Made by a program: the position numbers and the translations under genes. A stretch of DNA of 64,000 bases from an uncultured bacterium (GTDB taxonomy: Bacteria > UBP4 > UBA4092): assembly GCA_964644695.1 (NCBI GenBank), contig CAZXWN010000003.1, positions 186,001 to 250,000 of the forward strand, in the 5' to 3' direction. This document shows, piece by piece, positions 7,483 through 17,862 of the stretch. The first letter of the stretch is position 1, and each line of letters starts with the position of its first letter. The notes beneath the pieces are model-generated. The model was given only the letters and a program-made list of their open reading frames with translations, was not told the DNA's origin and did no database searches.

Positions 7483-9267
7483 TTAGGACTGGGGTTGCAC
7501 TGTGGACTTGATGTGAAGTTCTCTCATCAGTTTCAGGGCTACCGGACTGGGTGCATCGGACATAACACATTGAGCCTTCTGATTTTTCGGGAAGGCGATG
7601 ACGTCTCGGATGCTCTGGCTTCCTGTTAACAGCATAACGAACCTGTCTAGACCGATGGCCATTCCACCATGCGGCGGCGCACCAAATTTAAGGGCCTCAA
7701 TAAAGAATCCGAATTTGGTTGCGGCTTCTTCCTCAGTCACGCCAAAGATACTGAACATCTTCTTCTGTAATTCTGCATCATGGATACGGATCGAACCTCC
7801 ACCCAATTCCGTTCCGTTCAACACCAAATCATAAGCATTGGCTCTGGCGTTAGTGGGGTCGGAATCAAGCAATGGCACATCTTCTTCCCTCGGGGAAGTA
7901 AACGGATGGTGCCGTGCTTTGAACATCTTGTCTTCTTCACGGTATTCCAGAAGGGGCATATCCGTAATCCACAGATAATTGAAGACGCCGGGGGTCCGAA
8001 GTTTAAGTTCATCGCCAAAGTGTAGTCTCAGACGACCACAAACATCGGCAGTCGTGTCTGCCTTGTCAGCAATAAAACAAATCAAATCGCCGGGCTTGGC
8101 ATCAAAGACAGATAAAATAGCTTTCACTTCTTCATCTTTGAAGAACTTGGCAATCGGAGTCTCAATACCTGTTTCGGTGACCTTCATCCAGGCCATACCT
8201 TTTGCGCCCATCTGTTTGGCAAAGTCCGTTAATTTATCCAGCTGGCTGCGAGTATATCCCGCACATCCGGGGGCACATACCCCACGAACCACTCCACCCG
8301 CTTCGACGGTCTTGGCAAACACACTGAACTCAACCGTCTTGGCGATATCACTGATGTCTTTGATTTCAAGGCCGAATCGAGTATCCGGTTTGTCATTACC
8401 ATACCGGAGCATTGATTCCGCATAAGTCATGCGGGGGAACGGGCTGGGAATATCCATGCCCAAGACTTGTTTCATGACGCGGCACACTGCGGGTTCAACC
8501 AGGTTAAAAATATCTTCCTGATCGATAAATGACATCTCGAAGTCCAATTGTGTAAACTCAGGTTGACGGTCCGCTCTTAAATCTTCATCACGGAAACATC
8601 GGGCAACCTGAAAATACCGTTCAACACCGGAAATCATCAGTGTTTGTTTTAATTGCTGAGGGGATTGGGGCAGAGCATAAAACTGTCCCGGATTGACTCG
8701 GCTGGGAACTACATATTCCCGGGCACCGGTTTCAGGGGTACTCTTATAAAGAACGGGAGTTTCTATTTCCAGGAACCCTTGTTCATCGTAATAATCCCGC
8801 AGGACCTTGATGACCTTATGGCGTAATTCCAAATTTTTATACATTTTGGGACGCCGCAGGTCCAGATAACGATACTTCATCCGTAAATCTTCGGATGTAT
8901 CCATATCATCTTCTACCAGGAACGGAGGCACTTCCGATTTGTTCAATAATTGAAGGCCGGTTGCCCGTACTTCGACTTCACCGGTGGCCAGATTTGTATT
9001 GACTGTGCCTTCAGGGCGGGCAGAGACCGTACCTTTAATGGCGATGACATATTCTGATCGGAGTCTTTGTGCCAGCTTGTGGGTATCATCTCCTTCGGCC
9101 GGGTCAAACACGACTTGAACCAGTCCGGTCCGGTCGCGTAGATCAATAAAAGTCAATCCACCATGGTCACGGCTTCTTTGTACCCAACCCAGCAGAGATA
9201 CTTCCTGTCCTACATGGGCTTTGCGTAAATCGTTACATTTGTGTGTGCGTTTCCAAAATGACGCCAT
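7483..9267 (-). CDS. aspS: aspartate--tRNA ligase
   Basis: RDHGGLTFIDLRD, FYALPQSPQ, CFRDEDLRADRQPEFTQLD, GGGSIRIH and PPHGGMAIGLDR. Confidence 0.98.
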   Translation of the reverse strand: MASFWKRTHKCNDLRKAHVGQEVSLLGWVQRSRDHGGLTFIDLRDRTGLVQVVFDPAEGDDTHKLAQRLRSEYVIAIKGTVSARPEGTVNTNLATGEVEVRATGLQLLNKSEVPPFLVEDDMDTSEDLRMKYRYLDLRRPKMYKNLELRHKVIKVLRDYYDEQGFLEIETPVLYKSTPETGAREYVVPSRVNPGQFYALPQSPQQLKQTLMISGVERYFQVARCFRDEDLRADRQPEFTQLDFEMSFIDQEDIFNLVEPAVCRVMKQVLGMDIPSPFPRMTYAESMLRYGNDKPDTRFGLEIKDISDIAKTVEFSVFAKTVEAGGVVRGVCAPGCAGYTRSQLDKLTDFAKQMGAKGMAWMKVTETGIETPIAKFFKDEEVKAILSVFDAKPGDLICFIADKADTTADVCGRLRLHFGDELKLRTPGVFNYLWITDMPLLEYREEDKMFKARHHPFTSPREEDVPLLDSDPTNARANAYDLVLNGTELGGGSIRIHDAELQKKMFSIFGVTEEEAATKFGFFIEALKFGAPPHGGMAIGLDRFVMLLTGSQSIRDVIAFPKNQKAQCVMSDAPSPVALKLMRELHIKSTVQPQS

Positions 9268-9295
9268 ATATAAATACCTTTTTCGTTAATGTTCT

Positions 9296-10426
9296 TTATG
9301 TGGTCAGGCCGCGGCTTTCGAGTTCTTTGCGTGCCTTTTCGAATCCATCTTCAGCGGTTTGGCTGGCGACCCATTGAGTCAGTCCAACCATACCGTCTTC
9401 AAATTTCACTTTTGGTTCAAAGCCAAGTTTGGTTTTGATTTTTGTAATATCTGCGTAGCAGTACCGGATATCACCTTTACGGAATTTCTCGACGCAGACT
9501 GGCTTACAAACATTCTGTTTACCGAGTTTCTCAATCAGGACTTCCGCAACATACTTGATGGGTTGGGGAATACCGGAACCGACATTGAAAACTTCATAAT
9601 TGGCTTCTGATTTTTCCAAAGCCAGCATATTAGCCTGAACAATATCTGATACATGGATAAAGTCACGGCTCTGCATCCCATCTTCATAGATAACGGGACT
9701 GTTGTTGTTTAGAATTCGGGATGAGAAGATAGCTGCCACACCGGTATACGGGTTGGAGAGGGCTTGACGGTCACCATACACATTGAAATACCGAAGAGCT
9801 ACGGTTGGTACACGATAGGCGACGCCAAATGACAGGAACATTTCTTCATGGTCCCGTTTTCCAATGGCATATATGGAGGTGGGCATTAAAGGCTTTGTTT
9901 CATCGGTGGGGACTTTCTCTAATTCAGCACCGCACTGGGGACAGAAGACTTCCCACTGGCCTTTGGCCAATTGTTCATCGGGGCGGAGACGAGGATAAAT
10001 GGTCCCGCAATTTTTGCAGTTGTATTTTCCTTCACCATAAATCGACATGGAGGACGCTACAACCAGTTTTTCAACAGAATTCTTTTCGTTGGCCAGAATA
10101 TCCAGAAGCGTTGCGCCTCCCATGGTATTCACATCCATGTAATGACGGATCTGATACATGGACTGACCCACACCTACCGCGGCGGCTTTGTGATACACCA
10201 CTTCAATTCCATCCAATGCTTTCTGGAGTGAATCCCGATCACGAACATCGCCTTTGATAAACTCAACATTCTTGTTCAGGTATTCAGGAATACCCGCATT
10301 TGGACCATGAACCTGGGGTTCCAGATTGTCATAAACACGGACAGTATGACCTCTCCGAACGAGTTCATCCACAATATGAGAACCGATAAAACCGGCTCCA
10401 CCTGTTACTAATACTTTCTTAGGCAT
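9296..10426 (-). CDS. NAD-dependent nucleotide-sugar epimerase/dehydratase (extended SDR)
   Basis: VLVTGGAGFIGSH, YAIGK, LRYFNVYG, SNPYTGV and RDFIHVSD; insert with two CxxC motifs. Confidence 0.9.
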   Translation of the reverse strand: MPKKVLVTGGAGFIGSHIVDELVRRGHTVRVYDNLEPQVHGPNAGIPEYLNKNVEFIKGDVRDRDSLQKALDGIEVVYHKAAAVGVGQSMYQIRHYMDVNTMGGATLLDILANEKNSVEKLVVASSMSIYGEGKYNCKNCGTIYPRLRPDEQLAKGQWEVFCPQCGAELEKVPTDETKPLMPTSIYAIGKRDHEEMFLSFGVAYRVPTVALRYFNVYGDRQALSNPYTGVAAIFSSRILNNNSPVIYEDGMQSRDFIHVSDIVQANMLALEKSEANYEVFNVGSGIPQPIKYVAEVLIEKLGKQNVCKPVCVEKFRKGDIRYCYADITKIKTKLGFEPKVKFEDGMVGLTQWVASQTAEDGFEKARKELESRGLTT

Positions 10427-10500
10427 TATATCCACCTCGTAATTAAAGAAATGTCGGGGTACTCCCGACCATTACGCTGTTTTATGATTATCAGAGTGAT

Positions 10501-10791
10501 TTATAAATCGAAATTCTTTTTGGCTGCGATACGTTCCTTAGCCTGTAAATACATGGCTTCCCACTGGGGGGAACCGGGGGCATATTTCTTGGTCAATGGT
10601 TCCAACTGCTTGATAGCTTCCTGCTCAATCTGTGTTTCCATTACCTGATCTTCGAAGATGGCCCTGTTGATTTTCTGAATCATTTTGGGCCGATGAATCA
10701 TAGTAGTCCGGATGAGATCATTCTCATCCAACTGGTCTGCAATCTTTGCTGCAAGACTCTCTATTCTTTCTTCACTGAATTTAGCTGCCAT
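10501..10791 (-). CDS. DUF507-like protein
   Basis: Short helical protein, paralogous to the adjacent ORF (N-terminal S(E)ExI, C-terminal IA(R/A)xKxF). Confidence 0.7.
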   Translation of the reverse strand: MAAKFSEERIESLAAKIADQLDENDLIRTTMIHRPKMIQKINRAIFEDQVMETQIEQEAIKQLEPLTKKYAPGSPQWEAMYLQAKERIAAKKNFDL

Positions 10792-10863
10792 AATCGCTTT
10801 TATGGGAAGGACCCCATCCTCCCCATATTTTGGGGATTCCGGTTTCCAGTCCTTATCCCCCTC

Positions 10864-11151
10864 CTAAATGGTGAATTTTTTCTCCCGGGCAATCAATTGA
10901 ATCGTTTTCCTCAAGAGATGCTGATAGTCCATTGAATTGCGGTTAAGGATACTGTTATTGAGTTTATCATCCAATCGCTGTCGGGCCTCTTCTTCAATGG
11001 CATCTTCCATTTTCAGGTCGGCGACTATCACCGCCTTGATTTCCGCTTCAATCGTTGCCGAATCACCCAGTTTCCGCACATTTTCATCTTTCATAATGGC
11101 GTCAAGGATATTTCGGGTCATTCGATTAATTTTTTTCTCTGAAATTCGCAT
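10864..11151 (-). CDS. DUF507-like protein
   Basis: MRISEKKI...IEEEARQRL...IAREKKFTI. Confidence 0.75.
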   Translation of the reverse strand: MRISEKKINRMTRNILDAIMKDENVRKLGDSATIEAEIKAVIVADLKMEDAIEEEARQRLDDKLNNSILNRNSMDYQHLLRKTIQLIAREKKFTI

Positions 11152-11277
11152 AATTTTACCAACTTGTTGGTTGAATCTATTGATTATACCTTAAGTTTTA
11201 CTGATTCAGACCGTTTATACCTTGAAACGGGTCCTGTAAAGAGGTTACATAAATAATAATGGAAAACCAATCCATCT

Positions 11278-11823
<546 letters not shown>

Positions 11824-11831
11824 CTATATAT

Positions 11832-13052
11832 TTATTGAAATGCTTGATCTTGGGGACCAGCCCACTGACCAAAAGATATGGGTATCCACCCCGGAGTGGT
11901 AATTTTGAAAGGCCGTTTGGGCCATCCAGACCGAACCAGGGCAACTGTCTCGTCCCAGGACATGATTCCCGACAGAGTGTCAGGGGCCATCACATTACAG
12001 GCACCGGCAGCAGCGGCAAACCTGAGGGCATAATCCACAGAATACCCCCGGATGAAGGCTGCCAGGAATCCGGCAATCGCGGCATCTCCCGCACCAGTGG
12101 CATTTACAAAGTCTTCCACCAGATATACGGGTTCCCATCGTTCTTTGTTGGCCCACTCATTAGGGTTCCAGGTTCCTGGCCGTTTAATTTTATTTATCTC
12201 CGACAGGGGAGCTGTCCTGACATATATCCCCCGTGTGCCACATTTGATCCCTGCGATTTTTACACCCATTTCCAAAAGGGTGGAACCTAACCCGATAATA
12301 TCCGATTCGGTCATGGCTTCCAGAAGTCCTCCGGGTTTGGAGTTTTTCCATAATTCATGATGTCGGGCTGGATTTAGCATGAATAATATTTCTTCGGCAC
12401 TGGGAAGAAAAATGTCCACATAAGGCAGAGTTTTCGACAAAATGAGTTTCCAGTCAATCTTTCCTGAGGGACTGTTGGGGTCTGGACAAGCCATATCCAG
12501 AGAGGTCGTGACATGAAGGTCTTTTACCCTTTTGAACATATCTACCAGTTCCCGGCCATCATTTTTCCATAGAGCTTCCATTAATGGAGGATACCCAAAA
12601 TGGAACAGAGAGGCATCAGAAACAACATCATATCGAATGTCATCGGATACAAAAGTATTATTGGCTCCAGGATAATGCAGAAACATCCGGTCATAATCTC
12701 CAGGCGTCAGAACGATTGAATAAGATGTCCCTTCACCCGGTGTAATAATCATCCCTTGATTGATTTTCCATCGGTCTTTCAGTATTTTCAAAATGACGTC
12801 ACCGAAAGGGTCTTTCCCGATTTTACCCATCAGGATCGACGAGATCCCCAGCCGGAGTAAAGCCAGTCCCGTATTGGACACTGCCCCTCCGGTGGATAGG
12901 GAGGGACTATCTACCTGACGAAGTTGCCCGGGGTGTAGAAAGTCTTCCGGACTGTCGATTTTCATCTGACTCATGTCCGGTGTGATATCCAGACAGATAT
13001 GTCCAGCGACTACGACCTGGGGTTTTGTGACTTTCCGAACATCTGACTCCAT
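11832..13052 (-). CDS. PfkB family carbohydrate kinase
   Basis: GHICLDI, GGAVSNTG and NATGAGDA motifs. Confidence 0.9.
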   Translation of the reverse strand: MESDVRKVTKPQVVVAGHICLDITPDMSQMKIDSPEDFLHPGQLRQVDSPSLSTGGAVSNTGLALLRLGISSILMGKIGKDPFGDVILKILKDRWKINQGMIITPGEGTSYSIVLTPGDYDRMFLHYPGANNTFVSDDIRYDVVSDASLFHFGYPPLMEALWKNDGRELVDMFKRVKDLHVTTSLDMACPDPNSPSGKIDWKLILSKTLPYVDIFLPSAEEILFMLNPARHHELWKNSKPGGLLEAMTESDIIGLGSTLLEMGVKIAGIKCGTRGIYVRTAPLSEINKIKRPGTWNPNEWANKERWEPVYLVEDFVNATGAGDAAIAGFLAAFIRGYSVDYALRFAAAAGACNVMAPDTLSGIMSWDETVALVRSGWPKRPFKITTPGWIPISFGQWAGPQDQAFQ

Positions 13053-13132
13053 TCCATCGTATCCTTTTCAAATATTCATAACAGGGACACTCAACCGATA
13101 AACAGGGTCAAGCCATGCCAATATGTCAAATA

Positions 13133-13164
13133 TTTGTGAAAATTGCAAGCGTAACCTTCACAAA
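13133..13164. promoter_or_regulatory. palindrome upstream of the kinase/isomerase operon, possible operator
   Basis: TTTGTGAA-N16-TTCACAAA with central TGCAAGCGTAAC (LacI-like). Confidence 0.35.
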
Positions 13165-13387
13165 ACCTCCAGACGATACAAATCCATAACAATCAGCAGG
13201 TAGACATGATTCGATATACAGGCATTCTATTCTGATTCAATTGTCAATGAACAATCAGGCACTGAGGCCTGTCGTGAGAGTATCTTTTCACATAAAACCT
13301 AATCAGGGTGTCCACACCTCCGGAACAATGGCGACACCCTTGAGAATTCAATGCGATTTGATTCGGAATTACCTGAGAACGATTTGA

Positions 13388-14929
13388 TTAGGGATGGCTG
13401 GAGGGGTTCGAAAGAGTTGAAGCCAGAGTAAAAACATCATTGAATCGCGTGGAAGGACAATCAAACACCAGAACATTTTGGGATTGATACAAAGGGGGCA
13501 AATCAAGCGCCAGAATTTGCTCATAATAAACCGGGGTCTTATACATAGCTCCCAGTGTGGCTGCTCTTTCCTTATGGACAAATACCCTCAGGTCATCAGG
13601 GAATGGTTTAATTTTTTCAACGGAATCAAACTCCATTACAGCGAGATTTTCAGGATACTGATATCCAAAATAAAACGATAATGAATCCGGACTTCGAACA
13701 TCCGAGCAAAGGAGGAGGTATCGTTTGTCAGGATGGGTCAATACATCCTGTTTTATGACGGTGAGAGCTTTTGACTCATCACTCCCCCTGGTTCTCCAGG
13801 AATAGAAGTATTGAGAAAAGGGTAATCCCATGAGGGCAAGCAGGAGAATCAGAACTACGGTAGATGAAAACTTCATAATTCGAGATATTTGCCGGGTTAA
13901 ATAGGACAGGCCCTCTGTGGCCAGAATATATATCCCCGGTAACAGGGGAAGAGACATTCTTTCAACCAGAGGCATCGGCTCATACTGACTGAAACTGGTT
14001 GACCCAAACCAGAAAAACAGGAGGCAGGACATTGTATAAAACTTCCAGGGTTTAGAGGCGGATGAATCGAAGAACAGGCCCAGGATAAATAAGATGATGA
14101 TAAAAGGATTGTAAGTTTTCAGTAACAGGTCTGCCGGAGCGATAGTTAACCGTTTCAGCAAACTTGCTGAGGAATCTAAATGCCATGACCAGAGATGATG
14201 TCCGGTGAGTGCTTCTATGGCTTTGAACCTGGCCAGAGGATCGCTCCATATTTGATTGCAGAATATCAGATATCCTGTTCCAAGAACACCTCCAGTGATA
14301 AACGCTGTCAGATAAAAGGTTTTAATCGACTCTTTCTGGAAAGGATGGGTAAGGTCTTTCCAGGCATAATAAATCCAGAGTGGAATTATCCAGTAAGCGC
14401 TTTCCTTTGCCAAAAAGGCTATAAACAGGAAAAGGACTGTGGCCACAGGTTTGAGAACCCGACCAATCGTTCCGGCATAATTATCCCTGCGGAACAGTAT
14501 CCATGTGGAAATCCCCATGAAGGCCGTGGCAATGATGTCCGGGTACAAAGTCGTGGAGGCCTTCATCAATGGGATACTGAATAAACACAGGAATATTCCA
14601 ATGACTTTCTTTTCGGGTTTGGAGTGAGCCATCCATATTGTCAACATGACCAGGAGTGAACAAATCAGGGGCCAGAGATGAGTGGAACGGATGGTTATCC
14701 CGCAAAGTGAGTAGAGCATCGAAACAGGGAGAGTCACTGCCAGCCGGTGATTGAAAACATCACTATCGCCCCAGTTGAAACTTTTGGAAAACTGGCTTGC
14801 CTGTTGGGAATAGGTCCACGGGTCTGATGCAATAAATTCCTGAGGATAAATGAACCACAACCCGGAAAAAACCAACAAACATAATAGAAAGAAAACCGTG
14901 GGCGTTTTTATGTTTGTTATGTTCATCAT
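13388..14929 (-). CDS. GT-C fold integral membrane glycosyltransferase (PMT/ArnT-like)
   Basis: Many TM helices; SDPWTY in first loop; YPD and AFLAKES motifs; soluble C-terminal domain. Confidence 0.7.
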   Translation of the reverse strand: MMNITNIKTPTVFFLLCLLVFSGLWFIYPQEFIASDPWTYSQQASQFSKSFNWGDSDVFNHRLAVTLPVSMLYSLCGITIRSTHLWPLICSLLVMLTIWMAHSKPEKKVIGIFLCLFSIPLMKASTTLYPDIIATAFMGISTWILFRRDNYAGTIGRVLKPVATVLFLFIAFLAKESAYWIIPLWIYYAWKDLTHPFQKESIKTFYLTAFITGGVLGTGYLIFCNQIWSDPLARFKAIEALTGHHLWSWHLDSSASLLKRLTIAPADLLLKTYNPFIIILFILGLFFDSSASKPWKFYTMSCLLFFWFGSTSFSQYEPMPLVERMSLPLLPGIYILATEGLSYLTRQISRIMKFSSTVVLILLLALMGLPFSQYFYSWRTRGSDESKALTVIKQDVLTHPDKRYLLLCSDVRSPDSLSFYFGYQYPENLAVMEFDSVEKIKPFPDDLRVFVHKERAATLGAMYKTPVYYEQILALDLPPLYQSQNVLVFDCPSTRFNDVFTLASTLSNPSSHP

Positions 14930-14970
14930 AAAGTCTTCTTCTGACTTGCCATAGAGCTACCTCTGATTAT

Positions 14971-14998
14971 CAACATTTACGGTTTTGAATTCAAGTTG
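14971..14998 (+). repeat. 28-bp direct repeat, left copy flanking the AraC gene
   Basis: CAACATTTACGGTTTTGAATTCAAGTTG; 27/28 identical to 16179-16206. Confidence 0.9.
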
Positions 14999-15163
14999 GC
15001 AGGGGGATTTGTGAGGGATTTCCAGAGAGCATTGCGTCTTGCTCGTCAAAAGGTTGAAAACGTGTAAACTAAAACATCTGGCTTATCGCAAGTAAAATCA
15101 AGTAATGCGATTTCCATTACCATATAATGACGATAGAGTGGTTGAAATGAGGTGTGAAGGCGA

Positions 15164-16132
15164 ATGTACGAGTGGCACAAACAAATCCAGATAATCGTTG
15201 ATGAAATTGATGAATGTATTAAACATCGTGATGATGAAGCACTTACGCTGAGGTTTCTTTCTCGCAAGTTGGGGTATTCCGAATTTTATACTACGAGGAA
15301 ATTTAAGGAAATTTCGGGTATGCAATTCAAAGATTATCTGAGGCTTAGAAAGTTGGCTTTTGCTCTGATAGATGTACGCGACAGCAAACGAGGAATTTTG
15401 GATATTGCCCTTGATTATGGTTTTTCATCACATGAAGCCTTTACACGAGCTTTCAAGGCAACCTACAGCATAACTCCAAGCGAATACCGTAAAAACCCCA
15501 CACCTGTTGTGCTTCGTACCAAAATAATACCCTTTGACCGCTACTTTTTAGGAATCGGAGAAATTGGCATGATCAAATCCACAGAGGACATCAAAATATA
15601 TTTTGTGACCATTCCAGCCCACAAGTTTTTACACATTAAAAACTATGAAAGTAATGGGTATTGGGATTTTTGGCAAAAGCAAAGCCTCATTCCGGGGCAG
15701 GACTGTGAAACAATTTGCGGCTTGCTTGATAGTATCAAGGGCAAGCTGGACGATGAGGGCGGAAGCGAGTCTAACAGCGGCAGCGGACATATTATGGCGT
15801 ACATTAATGATCCGGCCGGTAGCCTCTGCGGTTGGGGTATTCCACATACAGAGTGTTATGGCGCACGGCTTCCTTTTGATTATAAGGGCGAAATACCACC
15901 ACAGATGCTTATGATTGATGTTCCCGAAGCTGAGTATATTGTTTTTGAACATGGGCCATTCGATTATGAGCAGGAAAATCGTAGTGTGGAGGAAAAAATA
16001 GAAAAGGCAATGGCAACCTTTGATTATGCAGGCACGGGTTACTGCTTTGATGCTTCCCCCGGTAGAATCATTTACCTATATCATGATCCGACGCGGTTTT
16101 GGAAGTATATCAGGCCGGTACGCAAGTCATAA
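15164..16132 (+). CDS. AraC family transcriptional regulator with C-terminal GyrI-like effector domain
   Basis: N-terminal double HTH (LGYSEFY..RKFK; ILDIALDYGFSSHEAFTRAFK); C-terminal YIVFEHGPF. Confidence 0.93.
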   Translation: MYEWHKQIQIIVDEIDECIKHRDDEALTLRFLSRKLGYSEFYTTRKFKEISGMQFKDYLRLRKLAFALIDVRDSKRGILDIALDYGFSSHEAFTRAFKATYSITPSEYRKNPTPVVLRTKIIPFDRYFLGIGEIGMIKSTEDIKIYFVTIPAHKFLHIKNYESNGYWDFWQKQSLIPGQDCETICGLLDSIKGKLDDEGGSESNSGSGHIMAYINDPAGSLCGWGIPHTECYGARLPFDYKGEIPPQMLMIDVPEAEYIVFEHGPFDYEQENRSVEEKIEKAMATFDYAGTGYCFDASPGRIIYLYHDPTRFWKYIRPVRKS

Positions 16133-16178
16133 CTGAGGATAAAGGTGGCGCAATATTATGAAGTATGAGAAACCGATG

Positions 16179-16206
16179 CAACATTTACGGTTTTAAATTC
16201 AAGTTG
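16179..16206 (+). repeat. 28-bp direct repeat, right copy flanking the AraC gene
   Basis: CAACATTTACGGTTTTAAATTCAAGTTG. Confidence 0.9.
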
Positions 16207-16227
16207 CACCAGAGGAATAAATAAGAA

Positions 16228-16261
16228 AACCCGGGGTTATCCATGAAGATAGCCCCGGGTT
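16228..16261. terminator. bidirectional terminator
   Basis: AACCCGGGGTTATC / GATAGCCCCGGGTT between convergent genes. Confidence 0.75.
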
Positions 16262-16284
16262 ATTTATTTCAAAAAAGGAAACAA

Positions 16285-17274
16285 TCAGGGAACCAGTTTT
16301 TTCCGGTATTCACGATAATCCATGTGGAGTTGCCGAGCCTCTGCTTTTGTGGATAGCTGGCTCATGTAATGCAGATAATCAAAAGTAATGAGTTTATCCC
16401 CATACATACTGGCAATCTTCAGTGACGGTATCAATTCTTCCAGGGTAAAAGAGTGGTTATTACAGTCAAATGACATGTGGGCATTTTCTACATCTACCCA
16501 GAACGATTTGCCATATTCCTGACAAATAGATTTACCCCAGGCTTGAGAGGTTTTGGTATGATCCAGGAAGGATAGTTCGGTCCCGATGCCATCCAGTAAT
16601 ATCCATGTATCAATTTCCGGGATATCTTTGATCCAGGGTCTCCAGAAGGTGTCCAGAAAATCAGGTTTTGGGGGGAGAGGATACCCAAACTCTGAGGATT
16701 GACCGTAAAGTCCGATGGAATGGACAATGCTTAAGGCTGGATTAGTTTCCTTGATGGTGGCCGCCGCGGTTCGAGTTGCATTGATCCATAAATCCCTGAC
16801 ATTCTTGTCCAATATGTTGGTCGGATTGGGTTGGTTGGGGAGATAAACGCCCGCAAAAGAGGGATGGTTGGAGAATTCCCGGACGAAATCCTGTCTAAAC
16901 TTTGTATGACTACTGTCGTTCCACCAGGCTGTCCATCGGGCAGGGTCATCCAGCCAATTCCGGGGAATAGTGAAATCACCCAGATAAACTTGAACATTCA
17001 ACTGGTCTGCAGCCTTCAAAATATCTCGAATGGTATCTCTGTCAATGAATGATGTTTCGGTCGGGATACTGGTTGAGGGATAAAGAGACCTCAGGGTCCA
17101 TTCATCCTTGTCCCACCAGGCTCCATATTGGATTATCAGGATATTCATCCCAAGATCCACCATATGACCGACTTCGGCAATGTAGGCATTATCAGACCAG
17201 TCTTTTTGCAGCAATGGTCCCATTTGCCAGAAACCGCCGTCTAACAGGGGTAATTTGGAGTCTGTAGTATTCAT
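16285..17274 (-). CDS. DUF4434-like TIM-barrel glycoside hydrolase
   Basis: GGFWQ, MVDLGMNILIIQ, HPSFAGVYLPNQ, DGIG, FWVDVE and ITFDYLHY pattern. Confidence 0.65.
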   Translation of the reverse strand: MNTTDSKLPLLDGGFWQMGPLLQKDWSDNAYIAEVGHMVDLGMNILIIQYGAWWDKDEWTLRSLYPSTSIPTETSFIDRDTIRDILKAADQLNVQVYLGDFTIPRNWLDDPARWTAWWNDSSHTKFRQDFVREFSNHPSFAGVYLPNQPNPTNILDKNVRDLWINATRTAAATIKETNPALSIVHSIGLYGQSSEFGYPLPPKPDFLDTFWRPWIKDIPEIDTWILLDGIGTELSFLDHTKTSQAWGKSICQEYGKSFWVDVENAHMSFDCNNHSFTLEELIPSLKIASMYGDKLITFDYLHYMSQLSTKAEARQLHMDYREYRKKLVP

Positions 17275-17380
17275 ATTTTTATATCCCTCGCTCAATAATT
17301 CCTTTCGGAAATTAACCTGTCATGCTAGCATGATTTTGTAAAATTAAACAGGGGCATTCCTCTGTAAAGGATGAGATTTT

Positions 17381-17827
17381 ATGAAAATATATCTGTCAGG
17401 TTCCATTGCTGCGGGTCGTGAACGACTGGAAGTCTATCAGAAAATTCAAAAAATCCTTGAATCTCTGGGGCATACAATCACCAGTCCACAAACGACTGAC
17501 CCGAATGTGGGAGAAAAAGGGGAAGGTGAGGCCGGCCTGACGCCCAGAGCTATCTATTTGAGAGATATGAGCCAATTGCGGATTTCTGAGGCCATGGTGG
17601 CCGAAGTGACTATCCCCAGTCTGGGAGTAGGGTATGAAGTAGCGCGGGCTTTGGAACGCAACCTTCCAGTCTTATGCTTGTTTGACAAAAAAACAGCTCG
17701 CCATATTCCTTCGGCGATGATGGCGGGTAATCCTCACCCTAAAATGACTTTCGTGGAATATGAGGACCCGGAATTATTGCGTCCAATCATAGAGGCGTTT
17801 ATTGATACTTTATCAATATTGTCCTGA
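17381..17827 (+). CDS. nucleoside 2-deoxyribosyltransferase / DNPH1(Rcl)-like N-glycosidase
   Basis: KIYLSGSI, IYLRD and AEVTIPSLGVGYE motifs. Confidence 0.85.
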   Translation: MKIYLSGSIAAGRERLEVYQKIQKILESLGHTITSPQTTDPNVGEKGEGEAGLTPRAIYLRDMSQLRISEAMVAEVTIPSLGVGYEVARALERNLPVLCLFDKKTARHIPSAMMAGNPHPKMTFVEYEDPELLRPIIEAFIDTLSILS

Positions 17828-17862
17828 AACAGATTGTCTGACCGTTGTATAATGACAAGACC

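Noticed and set aside
14971-16206. 28-bp repeats as integron attC sites or CRISPR repeats
   Set aside because: Ends do not fit RYYYAAC/GTTRRRY, they are too short for attC, and there are only two copies 1.2 kb apart
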